Below are positions 8,440 through 17,174 of a DNA stretch of 64,000 nt, piece after piece. Where the stretch lies: contig CAWAHC010000005.1 of the NCBI GenBank assembly GCA_963781765.1, positions 486,929-550,928 on the forward strand, written 5' to 3'. Position 1 is the first letter of the stretch. The number at the start of each line of letters is the position of its first letter. Position numbers and translations under genes: made by a program. Under the pieces are notes generated by a model, which saw only the letters and a program-made list of their open reading frames with translations, did no database searches and was not told where the DNA came from. The DNA is from an uncultured Gemmatimonadaceae bacterium. Lineage in GTDB: Bacteria > Gemmatimonadota > Gemmatimonadetes > Gemmatimonadales > Gemmatimonadaceae.

Positions 8440-9030
8440 TCAGGCCGCCCGAGCCTGGGTGGCCTCCGCCCGGCGAGCCGTCTTGCGGCGCATGGCCCAT
8501 CGCAGCCGGTACAGCGCTACGCCGAGCACGAGAAGGGCGCAGACCTCGATCAGCACCTTCTCGCCGTCCAGGTAGTCGATGGGTGCGTCCTTGAGCGTGG
8601 GGTCGGTGAGCACGCCGTGCACGAAGAACAGCGCAGCGGTGGCATACGTCAGATAGTGCAGCAGCTTCCATCGGTCGCGACCGATGGCCACCCGGTAGTA
8701 CGACGTGACGACCACGACGATCAACACGTACAGCGAGGCGGCCCCGAGGCTGTTGATCCAGGGCTGCTTGGGGCCGTTGACCGGGTAGAGGAGGTCGACG
8801 AACCGGAAGACGGGGGTCTTCACGGCCAGCAGCAGCACGGCGTGGAGTGCGGCGAGTGCCAGCGCCACGTACGCCGTCCAGTTGTGGAGCTTGAAGTAGT
8901 TGAAGCGGCGGTGCGGCCAGTGCTTCCACGGGTTGTAATGCATGGAGAGCAGCAGGCCCAGCAGCAGGTTGACGGTCAGCAGACACAGGGCGACGAGCGC
9001 TACGTCGCTCGAGAGATCGAGAGGGGTCAC
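8440..9030 (-). CDS. ferric-reductase-like transmembrane domain protein (MsrQ/YedZ-like bis-heme membrane protein)
   Basis: About six hydrophobic helices are present. Two His pairs are spaced 13-14 residues apart in separate helices (HNWTAYVALALAALH and HYLTYATAALFFVH). Confidence 0.65.
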   Translation of the reverse strand: MTPLDLSSDVALVALCLLTVNLLLGLLLSMHYNPWKHWPHRRFNYFKLHNWTAYVALALAALHAVLLLAVKTPVFRFVDLLYPVNGPKQPWINSLGAASLYVLIVVVVTSYYRVAIGRDRWKLLHYLTYATAALFFVHGVLTDPTLKDAPIDYLDGEKVLIEVCALLVLGVALYRLRWAMRRKTARRAEATQARAA

Positions 9031-9109
9031 GGCGTTCGGGTGAGGTGGCGAATGGCACGGGGCGCGGCGCCCCGTAGGTCAACGCACGAGCCGCCGCCAG
9101 TGCTGGCGA

Positions 9110-9271
9110 TTACCCGATCAATTGGTTGGCGGCCTTCACACCATAATACAGACCGACCCCGCCCGCGATCGTGCTCACGAAGAACGCGGTCATGAAGCCC
9201 AGCTTGAAGGTGGCGTACCAGCCCACCGAGCTTCCAATGAACATGCCCAGGCTTCCGAAGAGCTTTTTCAT
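9110..9271 (-). CDS. 53-aa hydrophobic mini-protein (two predicted TM segments)
   Basis: Below the size cut-off of the ORF track. My translation is MKKLFGSLGMFIGSSVGWYATFKLGFMTAFFVSTIAGGVGLYYGVKAANQLIG. Third positions are mostly G/C. The ribosome-binding site is weak. Confidence 0.5.
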   Translation of the reverse strand: MKKLFGSLGMFIGSSVGWYATFKLGFMTAFFVSTIAGGVGLYYGVKAANQLIG

Positions 9272-9427
9272 CGACGTCTCACTTAAGGTGTCCTCTCACA
9301 ACGACCGGCGAACGCGCTCCGAGGTCACGAACTGCGCGGGGCGTACAACTCCCTGACTTGCCCGGGCGACCCGTCCGGCCAATGGTTGGAGGCGATCCCG
9401 CCGTCCCCCAACTCCGGAGGTTCTCGC

Positions 9428-10624
9428 GTGCACGACCATCCCCCCCTCAGCCCGACACTCCTCGCGGCGGCCCTCGTCGCCGGTGCGGTGCTCCATCCGA
9501 TCGCGGCGGCGGCCCAGACCCCGGTCACCGGGGCCTTCGTGACCACCCTTGGCGCGGATACCGTGACCGTGGAACAATTCACCCGCCGCGGCAACACGGT
9601 CACCGGCGACTTCCTGAGCCGAGAACCGAAGACGGTGCTCACGCACTACACCCTCGCGCTCGGACCCGATGGCATGCCGGCGCAGTTGGAATTCACGCGG
9701 GTCAATGGCGACGGCACGCCCCGAACGTCGGGGGTGCGCGGCGGCTCGATGCGCATCACCGCCGACAGCGTCACGTGGGCCGTGCAGGTTGCCGACAGCA
9801 CCGTGACGCGCACCCTGCCGGCCAGCCACGCGGTGCCGTTCTTTCCGTACGTCTATGCCTTCTATCAGTCCGCCGTGGATGCCATGCGCGTCGCGAACAC
9901 CGACAGCGTGGCGCTCGGGATGATCTCGCCCGGGTGGCGCCAGCAGTACCCGTTCCCCTTCAAGCGGCAACCGGACGAGAGCTACATCGTGGCGCTGTAC
10001 AACGATCCTCGGTACCCGCAGCGCGTGATCGTGGATCGCGACGGGCGGATCACGATGGTGGACGGCCGGGCCACCACCGAGAAGGCGGTGGCCCGGCGCG
10101 TGGACGGCGTGGACCTCGCGAAGCTCGGCGGCGCGTTCGCAGCCGCCGATCGGGCGGGCCGCAGCTTCGGCGTCGCGTCACCGCGCGACACGGTGCGGGC
10201 CACGCTCGGGGCCGCCGAGCTGTGGGTGGACTACAGCCGGCCGTCGGCGCGTGGACGGCAGGTGTTCGCCGCGAACGGCGTGCTCGGCGACACCCTGTGG
10301 CGCACCGGCGCCGATGCCGCCACGCAGTTCCATACGAGCGCCGATCTCGAGATCGACGGACACACGCTGCCGGCCGGCACGTACACATTGTGGACGCACG
10401 CGCAGCCCGGACACTATGGGCTGGTCGTCAACCGGCAGATCGGGCAGTGGGGCACCGAGCACGATCCTGCGCAGGATCTGTTCATGGTGCCGCTGACCGA
10501 ACGGACGCTCGGTGACGTGGTCGAGCGATTCACGATCGACCTTGCGTCCACCGCCGCCGGGGCGGGCGTGCTCGTGCTGCGCTGGGATCGTACCGAGCTT
10601 TCGGTTCCGTTCCGGGTCAAGTAA
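9428..10624 (+). CDS. secreted DUF2911-domain protein
   Basis: Candidate GTG start at 9428 lies 7 nt after GGAGG; the ATG at 9386 is the alternative. The signal peptide is LLAAALVAGAVLHPIAAAAQ. The C-terminal block WVDYSRPSARGRQVF...LWRTGADAATQFHTSADLEIDGHTLPAGTYTLW matches the DUF2911 pattern. Confidence 0.8.
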   Translation: MHDHPPLSPTLLAAALVAGAVLHPIAAAAQTPVTGAFVTTLGADTVTVEQFTRRGNTVTGDFLSREPKTVLTHYTLALGPDGMPAQLEFTRVNGDGTPRTSGVRGGSMRITADSVTWAVQVADSTVTRTLPASHAVPFFPYVYAFYQSAVDAMRVANTDSVALGMISPGWRQQYPFPFKRQPDESYIVALYNDPRYPQRVIVDRDGRITMVDGRATTEKAVARRVDGVDLAKLGGAFAAADRAGRSFGVASPRDTVRATLGAAELWVDYSRPSARGRQVFAANGVLGDTLWRTGADAATQFHTSADLEIDGHTLPAGTYTLWTHAQPGHYGLVVNRQIGQWGTEHDPAQDLFMVPLTERTLGDVVERFTIDLASTAAGAGVLVLRWDRTELSVPFRVK

Positions 10625-10717
10625 GCTCCATCAGTGCCAGGCGCTGTCGACGGGCTCCCGCGCAGGCGGGGGCCCGTGCTGCGTTCACCCGTCACTTCCA
10701 CTCTTCCCGGGTTCGTC

Positions 10718-11296
10718 ATGTCACGTGTCCTGAACTACTTCTTCAAGGGCCTGATCGTCACCGCGCCGGTGTTCATCACGGTGTACATCTGCTACGTGAT
10801 CTTCACGACGATCGACAACTGGTTGGTGCTGCCGGTCCCCGGCGCGGGATTCGTGGTGATGATCGCGCTGATCACCGCCATCGGGTTCGCGGCGCAGACC
10901 TTCGCCGCGCGCGCGCTCAGCACCGGGCTGGACGCCCTGTTCGCGCGGCTCCCGTTCGTGCGGCTTCTCTACACGAGCACGCGCGACCTGCTCAACGCGT
11001 TCGTGGGGGAGCATCGCCGGTTCGACAAGCCGGTGATCGTGTCGGTCGGCGGGGGCGCCAGCGTGTTCGGATTCCTCACGCAGGAGTCGCTGGACGCGTT
11101 CGGCGTGTCCGATTCCGCCACCGTGTACGTGCCGCAGTCGTACGGCTTTGCCGGAAACCTCGTGGTCTTTCCCTCGGCGAAGGTGCGCCGGCTCGACGCC
11201 GACAGCGCGCACGTGATGGCGTTCATTCTTTCTGGCGGCGTGACGACGGTGGCGGAGCGGGATGCGCCGGGCGCGCTGCCGGCGGTCGGCGGCTAG
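10718..11296 (+). CDS. DUF502 family membrane protein
   Basis: Track ORF 10634..11296 trimmed to MSRVLNYFFKGLIVTAPVFITVY. It has two N-terminal TM helices. The later motifs RLPFVRLLYTSTRDL and VYVPQSYGFAGNLVVFP are typical of DUF502. Confidence 0.8.
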   Translation: MSRVLNYFFKGLIVTAPVFITVYICYVIFTTIDNWLVLPVPGAGFVVMIALITAIGFAAQTFAARALSTGLDALFARLPFVRLLYTSTRDLLNAFVGEHRRFDKPVIVSVGGGASVFGFLTQESLDAFGVSDSATVYVPQSYGFAGNLVVFPSAKVRRLDADSAHVMAFILSGGVTTVAERDAPGALPAVGG

Positions 11297-12369
11297 GGGG
11301 GGCTGGTGGACGGTACCCAGCGCGCCAGGCGGCCGTGTGGGCCGGCGGCCACGCCGAAACCTGAGCCGCGGAATCGCACGGCGTTCAGCGGGAGCGTGTC
11401 GAGCATGGTCCAGGAGGCGCCGTCGTTGTTCGACCGCGCCGTACCGGCCAATCCCACCGCCACGACCTGGCCTGATCCCTGCCAGGTGACGCCCGAGAGA
11501 TAGGCCTGCACCAGCATCCCCGGCGCGGCGTGCCACGTGCGGCCGCCGTCATCGGTGAGGGCCACGTTCGCCGTGGCGCCGCGAGGCTTCGTGTAGTCGC
11601 CGCCCACCGCCACGCCGTGGTCGGCGTCGCGGAAGGCGAGGGCGAAGATGCCCGAGGCGCTGCCGCCTGCATGCACCGGCGTATCGGCCACGCGCCAACT
11701 CCGCCCGCGGTCCGACGAGTGATAGACCCGCGCCTGCGCTCCGCCGCCGGTGCCGATCCACACGTCGTGCGTGCCCCAGACGGCCACGCAGGTGCCGCTG
11801 GCGGCGAACGCCGCTTCACCGGGCAGCGCCGCTGGGAGGGCGTCGGGCGGCACGCGCGACCAACTCCGCCCGCCGTCGTCGGTGACGAGCAGAAAGAGCT
11901 TTCCGTCGATCGGGTCGCTGAGGGCGATGCCGTGGTCGGCGTCCCAGAAGGCGAGTGCGTCGAGGAAGACGCCCTTCTGCTCGGTGGCGTACACCTGCGT
12001 CCACGTTGCACCGCCGTCGGTGGTGCGGAACATCCGTGCCTGTCCGTTTTCGGCCGGGCCGGCGCTCGCGGCCACCGCGGCGTCCGGGCCCAGGGCCGCG
12101 ATCGACCGGAGGTCGAGGGAGTCGGCGCCCGGAACGTGGAGTAGCGTCCAGTGCGCGCCGCCGTCGACACTGCGCGCCACGGTGCCCTGCGTGCCGCTCG
12201 CCCAGGCCACGTGATCGTTGGTCAGGCTCAGCCCGCGGAATTCGGCGCGCGTGCCGGCATCCGCCAGGCGCCACTGCGCCGCGGCGGCGACGGGCAGCGC
12301 GGCGAGGAGGACGATCGCGGTCAGCACCGCGGTCCGGCGGAACGGGAGACGCCGACGATGGCTGGTCAC
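11293..12369 (-). CDS. exported BNR/Asp-box repeat beta-propeller protein (Ycf48/sialidase-like fold)
   Basis: The GTG at 12369 overlaps the stop of the upstream gene (GTGA). A signal peptide ends at AAAQ. Asp-box motifs recur: SVDGGAHW, TTDGGATW, TDDGGRSW, SSDRGRSW, TDDGGRTW and NNDGASW. Confidence 0.8.
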   Translation of the reverse strand: MTSHRRRLPFRRTAVLTAIVLLAALPVAAAAQWRLADAGTRAEFRGLSLTNDHVAWASGTQGTVARSVDGGAHWTLLHVPGADSLDLRSIAALGPDAAVAASAGPAENGQARMFRTTDGGATWTQVYATEQKGVFLDALAFWDADHGIALSDPIDGKLFLLVTDDGGRSWSRVPPDALPAALPGEAAFAASGTCVAVWGTHDVWIGTGGGAQARVYHSSDRGRSWRVADTPVHAGGSASGIFALAFRDADHGVAVGGDYTKPRGATANVALTDDGGRTWHAAPGMLVQAYLSGVTWQGSGQVVAVGLAGTARSNNDGASWTMLDTLPLNAVRFRGSGFGVAAGPHGRLARWVPSTSPP

Positions 12370-12659
12370 GGGTGTGGCTCCTGATCGTGGGATGGGGGAG
12401 GCGCGGAGATGTCGGGTGGGGACGGGAGGTCGGGAAAGACGAGCTCGTCGCCGTCGGAAATCTCGTCCAGCCCGAGAATGTCTTCGGCATGCCAGGCGAC
12501 GTAGTAGAAGCCCAGCGCGGCGAGCACGGCGCCGACGCCCTCCGGCCAGTGTCGGTGCTTGAGCACGAAGAAGAACGAGATGCCCACCGGCAGGAAGATG
12601 GTGCCGAACAGCGCGCTCATGGTGCGCAGCATGCAGCCGGGGTTGCTCATGCGGGACAT
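12366..12659 (-). CDS. hypothetical small membrane protein
   Basis: The ATG at 12659 lies 5 nt after a GGAGG. Two hydrophobic segments are followed by an acidic, Pro-rich tail. The gene is translationally coupled to the BNR gene. Confidence 0.55.
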   Translation of the reverse strand: MSRMSNPGCMLRTMSALFGTIFLPVGISFFFVLKHRHWPEGVGAVLAALGFYYVAWHAEDILGLDEISDGDELVFPDLPSPPDISAPPPSHDQEPHP

Positions 12660-12768
12660 GGGGGCCTCCGAGTGGCCGAAATCTCCCCGTGCGCCGCCGT
12701 GGAGGCAAGCGGCGTTGCATAACACCCGTGTGACGCGCTACCGTGCTAGCCCACCATCCCGCCACCGT

Positions 12769-13716
12769 ATGCTCACACACGCCGATATTGCCGCCGCCCG
12801 CGAGCGCATCGCCGGCCGCGTCCACCGCACCCCCATGCTCTCTGCCACGCGTATCGGCGAGCTTGCCGGCGTGTCATTGCGCCTCAAAGCCGAGCTGTTG
12901 CAGAAGACCGGCTCATTCAAGGTGCGAGGCGCGCTCAATGCCATCAGTCTGCTCTCGGACGCCGAGCGGGCGCGGGGCGTGGTGGGCGTGTCGGCCGGGA
13001 ATCACGCGCAGGCGCTGGCGTGGGCGGCGCGCGCGGCCGGCACCAAGTGCACGGTCGTCATGCCCGTCAACGCCTCGCAGACCAAGCTCGATGCCACGCG
13101 CGGGTACGGTGCCGAGGTGGTGCAGCATGAATGGGGCTCGGCGATGTTCGACAAGGCGCGCGAACTGGGGGAGGCCCACGGATACGTGTTCATCCATCCG
13201 TTCGACGACCCGCGTGTGGTGGCGGGGGCGGGCACGACGGGGCTCGAGATCGTGGAGGATGCCCCGGACGTGGACGCGATCGTCGTGCCGGTGGGCGGCG
13301 GTGGGCTGCTGTCGGGGATCGCGGTGGCGGCCAAGCACGCCAAGCCGTCGGTCCAGGTGTTCGGCGTGGAGCCCGAGGGCGCGCAGGCGCTGCGCCGGAG
13401 CCTCGACGCCGGGCGCGTGACGGCCATCGATCCGCCGCACACGATCGCCGACGGGCTGGCGGCGCCGATGACGAGCGCGCTGCCCCTGTGGGCGGCGCAG
13501 CACTACGTGGACGATGTGCTCGTGGTGACCGACGCCGAGATTGCGCGTGCCATGGGCGTCATCCTGTCGTCGGCCAAGCTGCTGGCCGAGCCGGCCGGCG
13601 CCGCCGCCGTGGCGGCGCTGATCACCGGCAAGGTGCCGGTGGCTCCTGGTGCGCGCGTGGTGTGCGTCGTGAGCGGCGGCAACGTGGACGTCGCGCGCCT
13701 CAAGGAATTGCTCTAG
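12769..13716 (+). CDS. PLP-dependent threonine/serine dehydratase (threonine ammonia-lyase family)
   Basis: Track ORF 12559..13716 trimmed to MLTHADIAAARERI. It carries the PLP-lysine motif SFKVRGA and the glycine loop VPVGGGGLLSG. Confidence 0.9.
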   Translation: MLTHADIAAARERIAGRVHRTPMLSATRIGELAGVSLRLKAELLQKTGSFKVRGALNAISLLSDAERARGVVGVSAGNHAQALAWAARAAGTKCTVVMPVNASQTKLDATRGYGAEVVQHEWGSAMFDKARELGEAHGYVFIHPFDDPRVVAGAGTTGLEIVEDAPDVDAIVVPVGGGGLLSGIAVAAKHAKPSVQVFGVEPEGAQALRRSLDAGRVTAIDPPHTIADGLAAPMTSALPLWAAQHYVDDVLVVTDAEIARAMGVILSSAKLLAEPAGAAAVAALITGKVPVAPGARVVCVVSGGNVDVARLKELL

Positions 13717-13732
13717 TTCGAGCCGCCGCGCG

Positions 13733-15175
13733 CTACTTCTTCTTGTTCTTGCTGTTCTTGTTGAAGCGATCGAGTCGCCATTTGGTCCAGATGACGATGG
13801 TGGCGCACCCGCCCTGGCCCGGCACCACGAACTGTGGCGGCGTTTCGGCGCCGTGGTACACCTCGATGGCACCCACATTGTTGGGCAGTACGAAGGAGTC
13901 GATGTCGCCGGGGTTCATCGAAACCCAGGGCGAGCCGTCCACCACGTAGTTCACGCATCCGGTGCCCTGGGTGCGCGCGTCGTACACCTGGGTGTCGTAG
14001 CCCGAGGTCTCCACGCGGATGCCGGGCACGGTGCGCAGGATGTCGGTGAACTTGGGCGCCTGTCGTCTGTCGATCGTCTTCTCGTTCATGTAGAAGCCCA
14101 TGCCGGACTTCTCTCGCTGCGAGAATCCCACGGCGTCGAGTCCACTCACCCGCTGCGCTTCGGTGGTCACCGTGGGCAGCAGGGTGACGGCCTGGTCGAA
14201 CCGCAGTGTGGCCCTGGCCGGCGTGCTGGCGGACAATTCCACCGACCGCTCCACCGGGTCATAGCCGATGCGTCGGGCAACGACCACCTGCGATCCCGAC
14301 GGCAGACTGTCGAGGCTGAAGGAGCCGTCAGCGCGGCTGTCGATGGCCCGTGTGGTGCCCTCCACCTGCACGCGTGCCCCGGCCACGGGCTGCCCGGTGA
14401 CGCTGAGCACGCGTCCACTGAGCCTGGCGACGGCCACGGGGCGCTGCGGCCCCTGGTTGGTGTCGCCCGAGGCCACGGTGACCGGAGCCGCCACGGCAAT
14501 GCTCAGGCTGCGCAGTTGCAGCAGATCGTTGCTGAAGCTGATCGGCACGTCGCCGCTCGTCACCCCCGCATGCTGCACCTGCACCTTGCCGTCGAATGTG
14601 TTGGGCAGGCCGCAGATGCGATACGTGCCGTCGTTCCCGGTCACGGTCTCGCGGATCTTCGGAATCTTCCGCAGCCCGCCGAACTCAAGCGACGTCCAGA
14701 CGATGGAGACGCGGGCCTTTGCGATCGGCTGGTCGGTGTCGGCGTTGCGCACGCGCCCGAACAGCGCGGCGGGCCCGAGCGCGAGACGCGCCGCCGGGCA
14801 GAGCATCTTGACCAGTCCGGCGGGCCGCGGCGTCACCATGTCCACCGTGACTGCCTGCCCCGGGGCCACCGTGAGCGGCGGCGTCGTCAGCTGGATCCCG
14901 ATGCTGTCGAGAATCGGATGCGCGGCGAGCAGCCGGTACGTGCCCGGCGGCACGCTGTCGAAGCGAAAGTGCCCGTCGCTGCCGGCCACGGTGAGCAGCG
15001 AGGTGCCCTGGATCACAATCTGTGCTCCATTCATCGGGCGGTTGCGCACGCTGTCGTACGCCACACCACTGATGGAGGCAGGGCCCGTGGGTTGTTGGGC
15101 GTGCAGCGGGGAAAGGGCGGCCGTCAGCAGCAGCGTGGCGGTGGCCGCGGTCCGGGTGATCACGTCAATGCGCAT
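13733..15175 (-). CDS. CarboxypepD_reg-like repeat protein with a C-terminal TonB-receptor plug-like module and no barrel
   Basis: A signal peptide is present. There are three carboxypeptidase-regulatory-like repeats, for example ISGVAYDSV...GAQIVIQG...DGHFRFDSVPPGTYRL. The plug-like end reads ILRTVPGIRV...VVDGSP...VGAIEVYHG...IVIWTK. Confidence 0.8.
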   Translation of the reverse strand: MRIDVITRTAATATLLLTAALSPLHAQQPTGPASISGVAYDSVRNRPMNGAQIVIQGTSLLTVAGSDGHFRFDSVPPGTYRLLAAHPILDSIGIQLTTPPLTVAPGQAVTVDMVTPRPAGLVKMLCPAARLALGPAALFGRVRNADTDQPIAKARVSIVWTSLEFGGLRKIPKIRETVTGNDGTYRICGLPNTFDGKVQVQHAGVTSGDVPISFSNDLLQLRSLSIAVAAPVTVASGDTNQGPQRPVAVARLSGRVLSVTGQPVAGARVQVEGTTRAIDSRADGSFSLDSLPSGSQVVVARRIGYDPVERSVELSASTPARATLRFDQAVTLLPTVTTEAQRVSGLDAVGFSQREKSGMGFYMNEKTIDRRQAPKFTDILRTVPGIRVETSGYDTQVYDARTQGTGCVNYVVDGSPWVSMNPGDIDSFVLPNNVGAIEVYHGAETPPQFVVPGQGGCATIVIWTKWRLDRFNKNSKNKKK

Positions 15176-15431
15176 GTTCAATACTACCACGGGCACGAGG
15201 GCGGGCTCCAGTCGTGACGGCCAGAAACCCCATTTCGGGATGGCGGCCGACTCGTGGTGGCCGTCACACCGCTCCGGACAAGATGTCCGGTAGTGTCGCG
15301 TTTCTACGGGTTCTGCAGCGGGTTCGCCGTCTTGCGTCGTTCTCCGGGTTGCACGACACTACATGGCAAGGTGCCACTTCTCGACTTCCGCGATCGAAAG
15401 CAGTCAGATCGCAATTCGGAGTAAGCCTACG

Positions 15432-16376
15432 GTGCAACCACTGGCGGATCGTATCAAGACGGCGCTGTACGAACACTTCGAGCAGACGCTCGTGGTGGTG
15501 CTCGTGGCGTCGCTGATGCTGATCAACTTCACGGTGGACTACAAGTTCGCATTTCTGAGCTTCTACTACCTGCCGATCATCGCCGCCGGTTTCCTTCTCG
15601 GGCGGAACAGCGCCGTGGGCGCGGCATTGTTCACGGTGTTGCTGGTGACGTTCTTCCAGGCTGTGACCGGCCTGGGTGGAACGCCCGGCTTCTCGGAGCC
15701 GACCATTATGTACTTCGCGCCGTGGGCAGGGTTCCTCATCCTGACCGGGTATGCCGTGGGCTCGCTGGCCGACCAGCGGGAAGCGCGCGCCGACGACGTG
15801 AAGCGCACCTACTTCGCGCTGCTCGAGATGCTGACGTTCCACCTGGACTCGGCCGATCGGCACCGCCGCGGGCACAGTTATCGCGTGGCTGAGCGCGCCA
15901 TGGCGATCGGTCGCAAGCTCGCCCTGCGCGACGACGAGATCGAGGATCTGCGGGTGGCCGGCCTACTGCACGAACTGGGGCCGCAGGATCCGCGCGTGGC
16001 CCGCATGTTCGCCGACTTCCCGCGCGACATCCGCGAGGTACCGGTCGCGGCCTCGATGCGGACCGCGTTGGATACGGTGACCGCCTATGGCCGCTACCAC
16101 GAGTTGATCGGCGACGACTGGCCGGTGGACGCGTTGCGGATCCCGCTGGCGGTCAAGGTCCTCGCCGTGGCCGATGCCTACGAGACGCTACTCACGGCGA
16201 CGGAAACGCGGCCGGCGTTCGCGCCATGGAACGCCCTCGAGGAGATCGACCGGAGCGCCGGGCGAACCTTCGCCACCGAAGCCGTGCATGCGCTGCGGCA
16301 CACGATCGTGCCCGAGCAGGCCGAGCTCGACGAAGCGAAGCCTCCGCTCAAGCTGATCGTCACCCGCGGCGCGTGA
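15432..16376 (+). CDS. membrane-anchored degenerate HD-GYP-like (HD superfamily) protein
   Basis: The in-frame GTG at 15432 lies 10 nt after GGAG; the track start at 15363 is the alternative. Three to four N-terminal TM helices are present. The HD-type core reads HSYRVAERAM...LLHELG...YHELIGDDWP...VADAYETLL. Confidence 0.7.
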   Translation: MQPLADRIKTALYEHFEQTLVVVLVASLMLINFTVDYKFAFLSFYYLPIIAAGFLLGRNSAVGAALFTVLLVTFFQAVTGLGGTPGFSEPTIMYFAPWAGFLILTGYAVGSLADQREARADDVKRTYFALLEMLTFHLDSADRHRRGHSYRVAERAMAIGRKLALRDDEIEDLRVAGLLHELGPQDPRVARMFADFPRDIREVPVAASMRTALDTVTAYGRYHELIGDDWPVDALRIPLAVKVLAVADAYETLLTATETRPAFAPWNALEEIDRSAGRTFATEAVHALRHTIVPEQAELDEAKPPLKLIVTRGA

Positions 16377-16386
16377 GCGTCGCCGG

Positions 16387-16995
16387 CTAGACGGGCGGCG
16401 GGGTGCGTTCCCCGCGCCGTCCGCGCGCGGCTTCGAAGAACTGCCCCAACGTTCGAAGATCGGCATCCGTGTCGCCGCCCGGTGACAGGGCGGGGCCGAT
16501 CGCCAACACGCGGCGCGACCAGTCGAAGGCCACCGGAACGATCGGCACCCCGGCACCCTGCGCGATGCGGTAGAAGCCGGTCTTCCAGCGCGGGACGGCC
16601 TTGCGCGTGCCTTCGGGGGAGATGCCGAGCACCATGCGCTCCATCTCGGCGAACTGCTCCACCGATCGGGCCACGACGTCGTTGGGGCGCGAGCGATCCA
16701 CCGGGATCCCGCCGAGCCATCGCATCAGGCCGCCGAAGGGCGGGCGAAACAACGTGTGCTTGCCCAGCCAGGAGGCGCGAAGTCCGAGCGCGAACTTGGC
16801 GGCGATTCCGACCACGAAGTCCCAGTTCGTGGTGTGCGGCGCGACGATGATCACGACCTTGGAGACGTCGGGCAGCATTCCTTCCATCCGCCAGCCGAGC
16901 CACGCGAGCCACCAGCGGCCCAGCGTTCGCGACGCAGGGCCCCCGCTTCGGGGAAGCGCATCGCCAAGGGCGGGCACGCGGGCGGAGGCAGCCAT
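16387..16995 (-). CDS. lysophospholipid (1-acyl-sn-glycerol-3-phosphate) acyltransferase family protein
   Basis: The H(X4)D acyltransferase motif is VAPHTTNWDF, and the downstream block is ISPEGTR. Confidence 0.8.
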   Translation of the reverse strand: MAASARVPALGDALPRSGGPASRTLGRWWLAWLGWRMEGMLPDVSKVVIIVAPHTTNWDFVVGIAAKFALGLRASWLGKHTLFRPPFGGLMRWLGGIPVDRSRPNDVVARSVEQFAEMERMVLGISPEGTRKAVPRWKTGFYRIAQGAGVPIVPVAFDWSRRVLAIGPALSPGGDTDADLRTLGQFFEAARGRRGERTPPPV

Positions 16996-17079
16996 GAACG
17001 GCTGAAACTACGGTTTCCAGGATCGGGTCGCCATCGGGGATCTCGACAGCGGCGGCCTCAGCATGATATTTGGTGACGG

Positions 17080-17121
17080 CCGACTGCCGACTGCCGACTG
17101 CCGACTGCCGACTGCCGACTG
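17080..17121. repeat. perfect tandem heptanucleotide array (CCGACTG) x6
   Basis: Counted directly as six uninterrupted copies from 17080 to 17121. It lies between divergent starts at 16995 (-) and about 17175 (+). Confidence 0.95.
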
Positions 17122-17174
17122 CTGGATCCCGCCAGCTACCTCTACCTGCCCAACCGCCCCGGAGCGGCCTCGCC

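Noticed and set aside
8351-9082. 243-aa alternative-frame ORF overlapping the ferric-reductase-like gene
   Set aside because: It is Arg/Pro/Ala-rich without motifs. The 8440..9030 frame gives clean transmembrane helices with paired histidines.
10651-10676. GC-rich hairpin CGGGCTCCCGC-GCAG-GCGGGGGCCCG after the DUF2911 gene as a terminator
   Set aside because: There is no T tract after the stem, and the next gene starts 42 nt downstream on the same strand. It could equally be a neutral GC-rich stem, so I did not list it as a feature.
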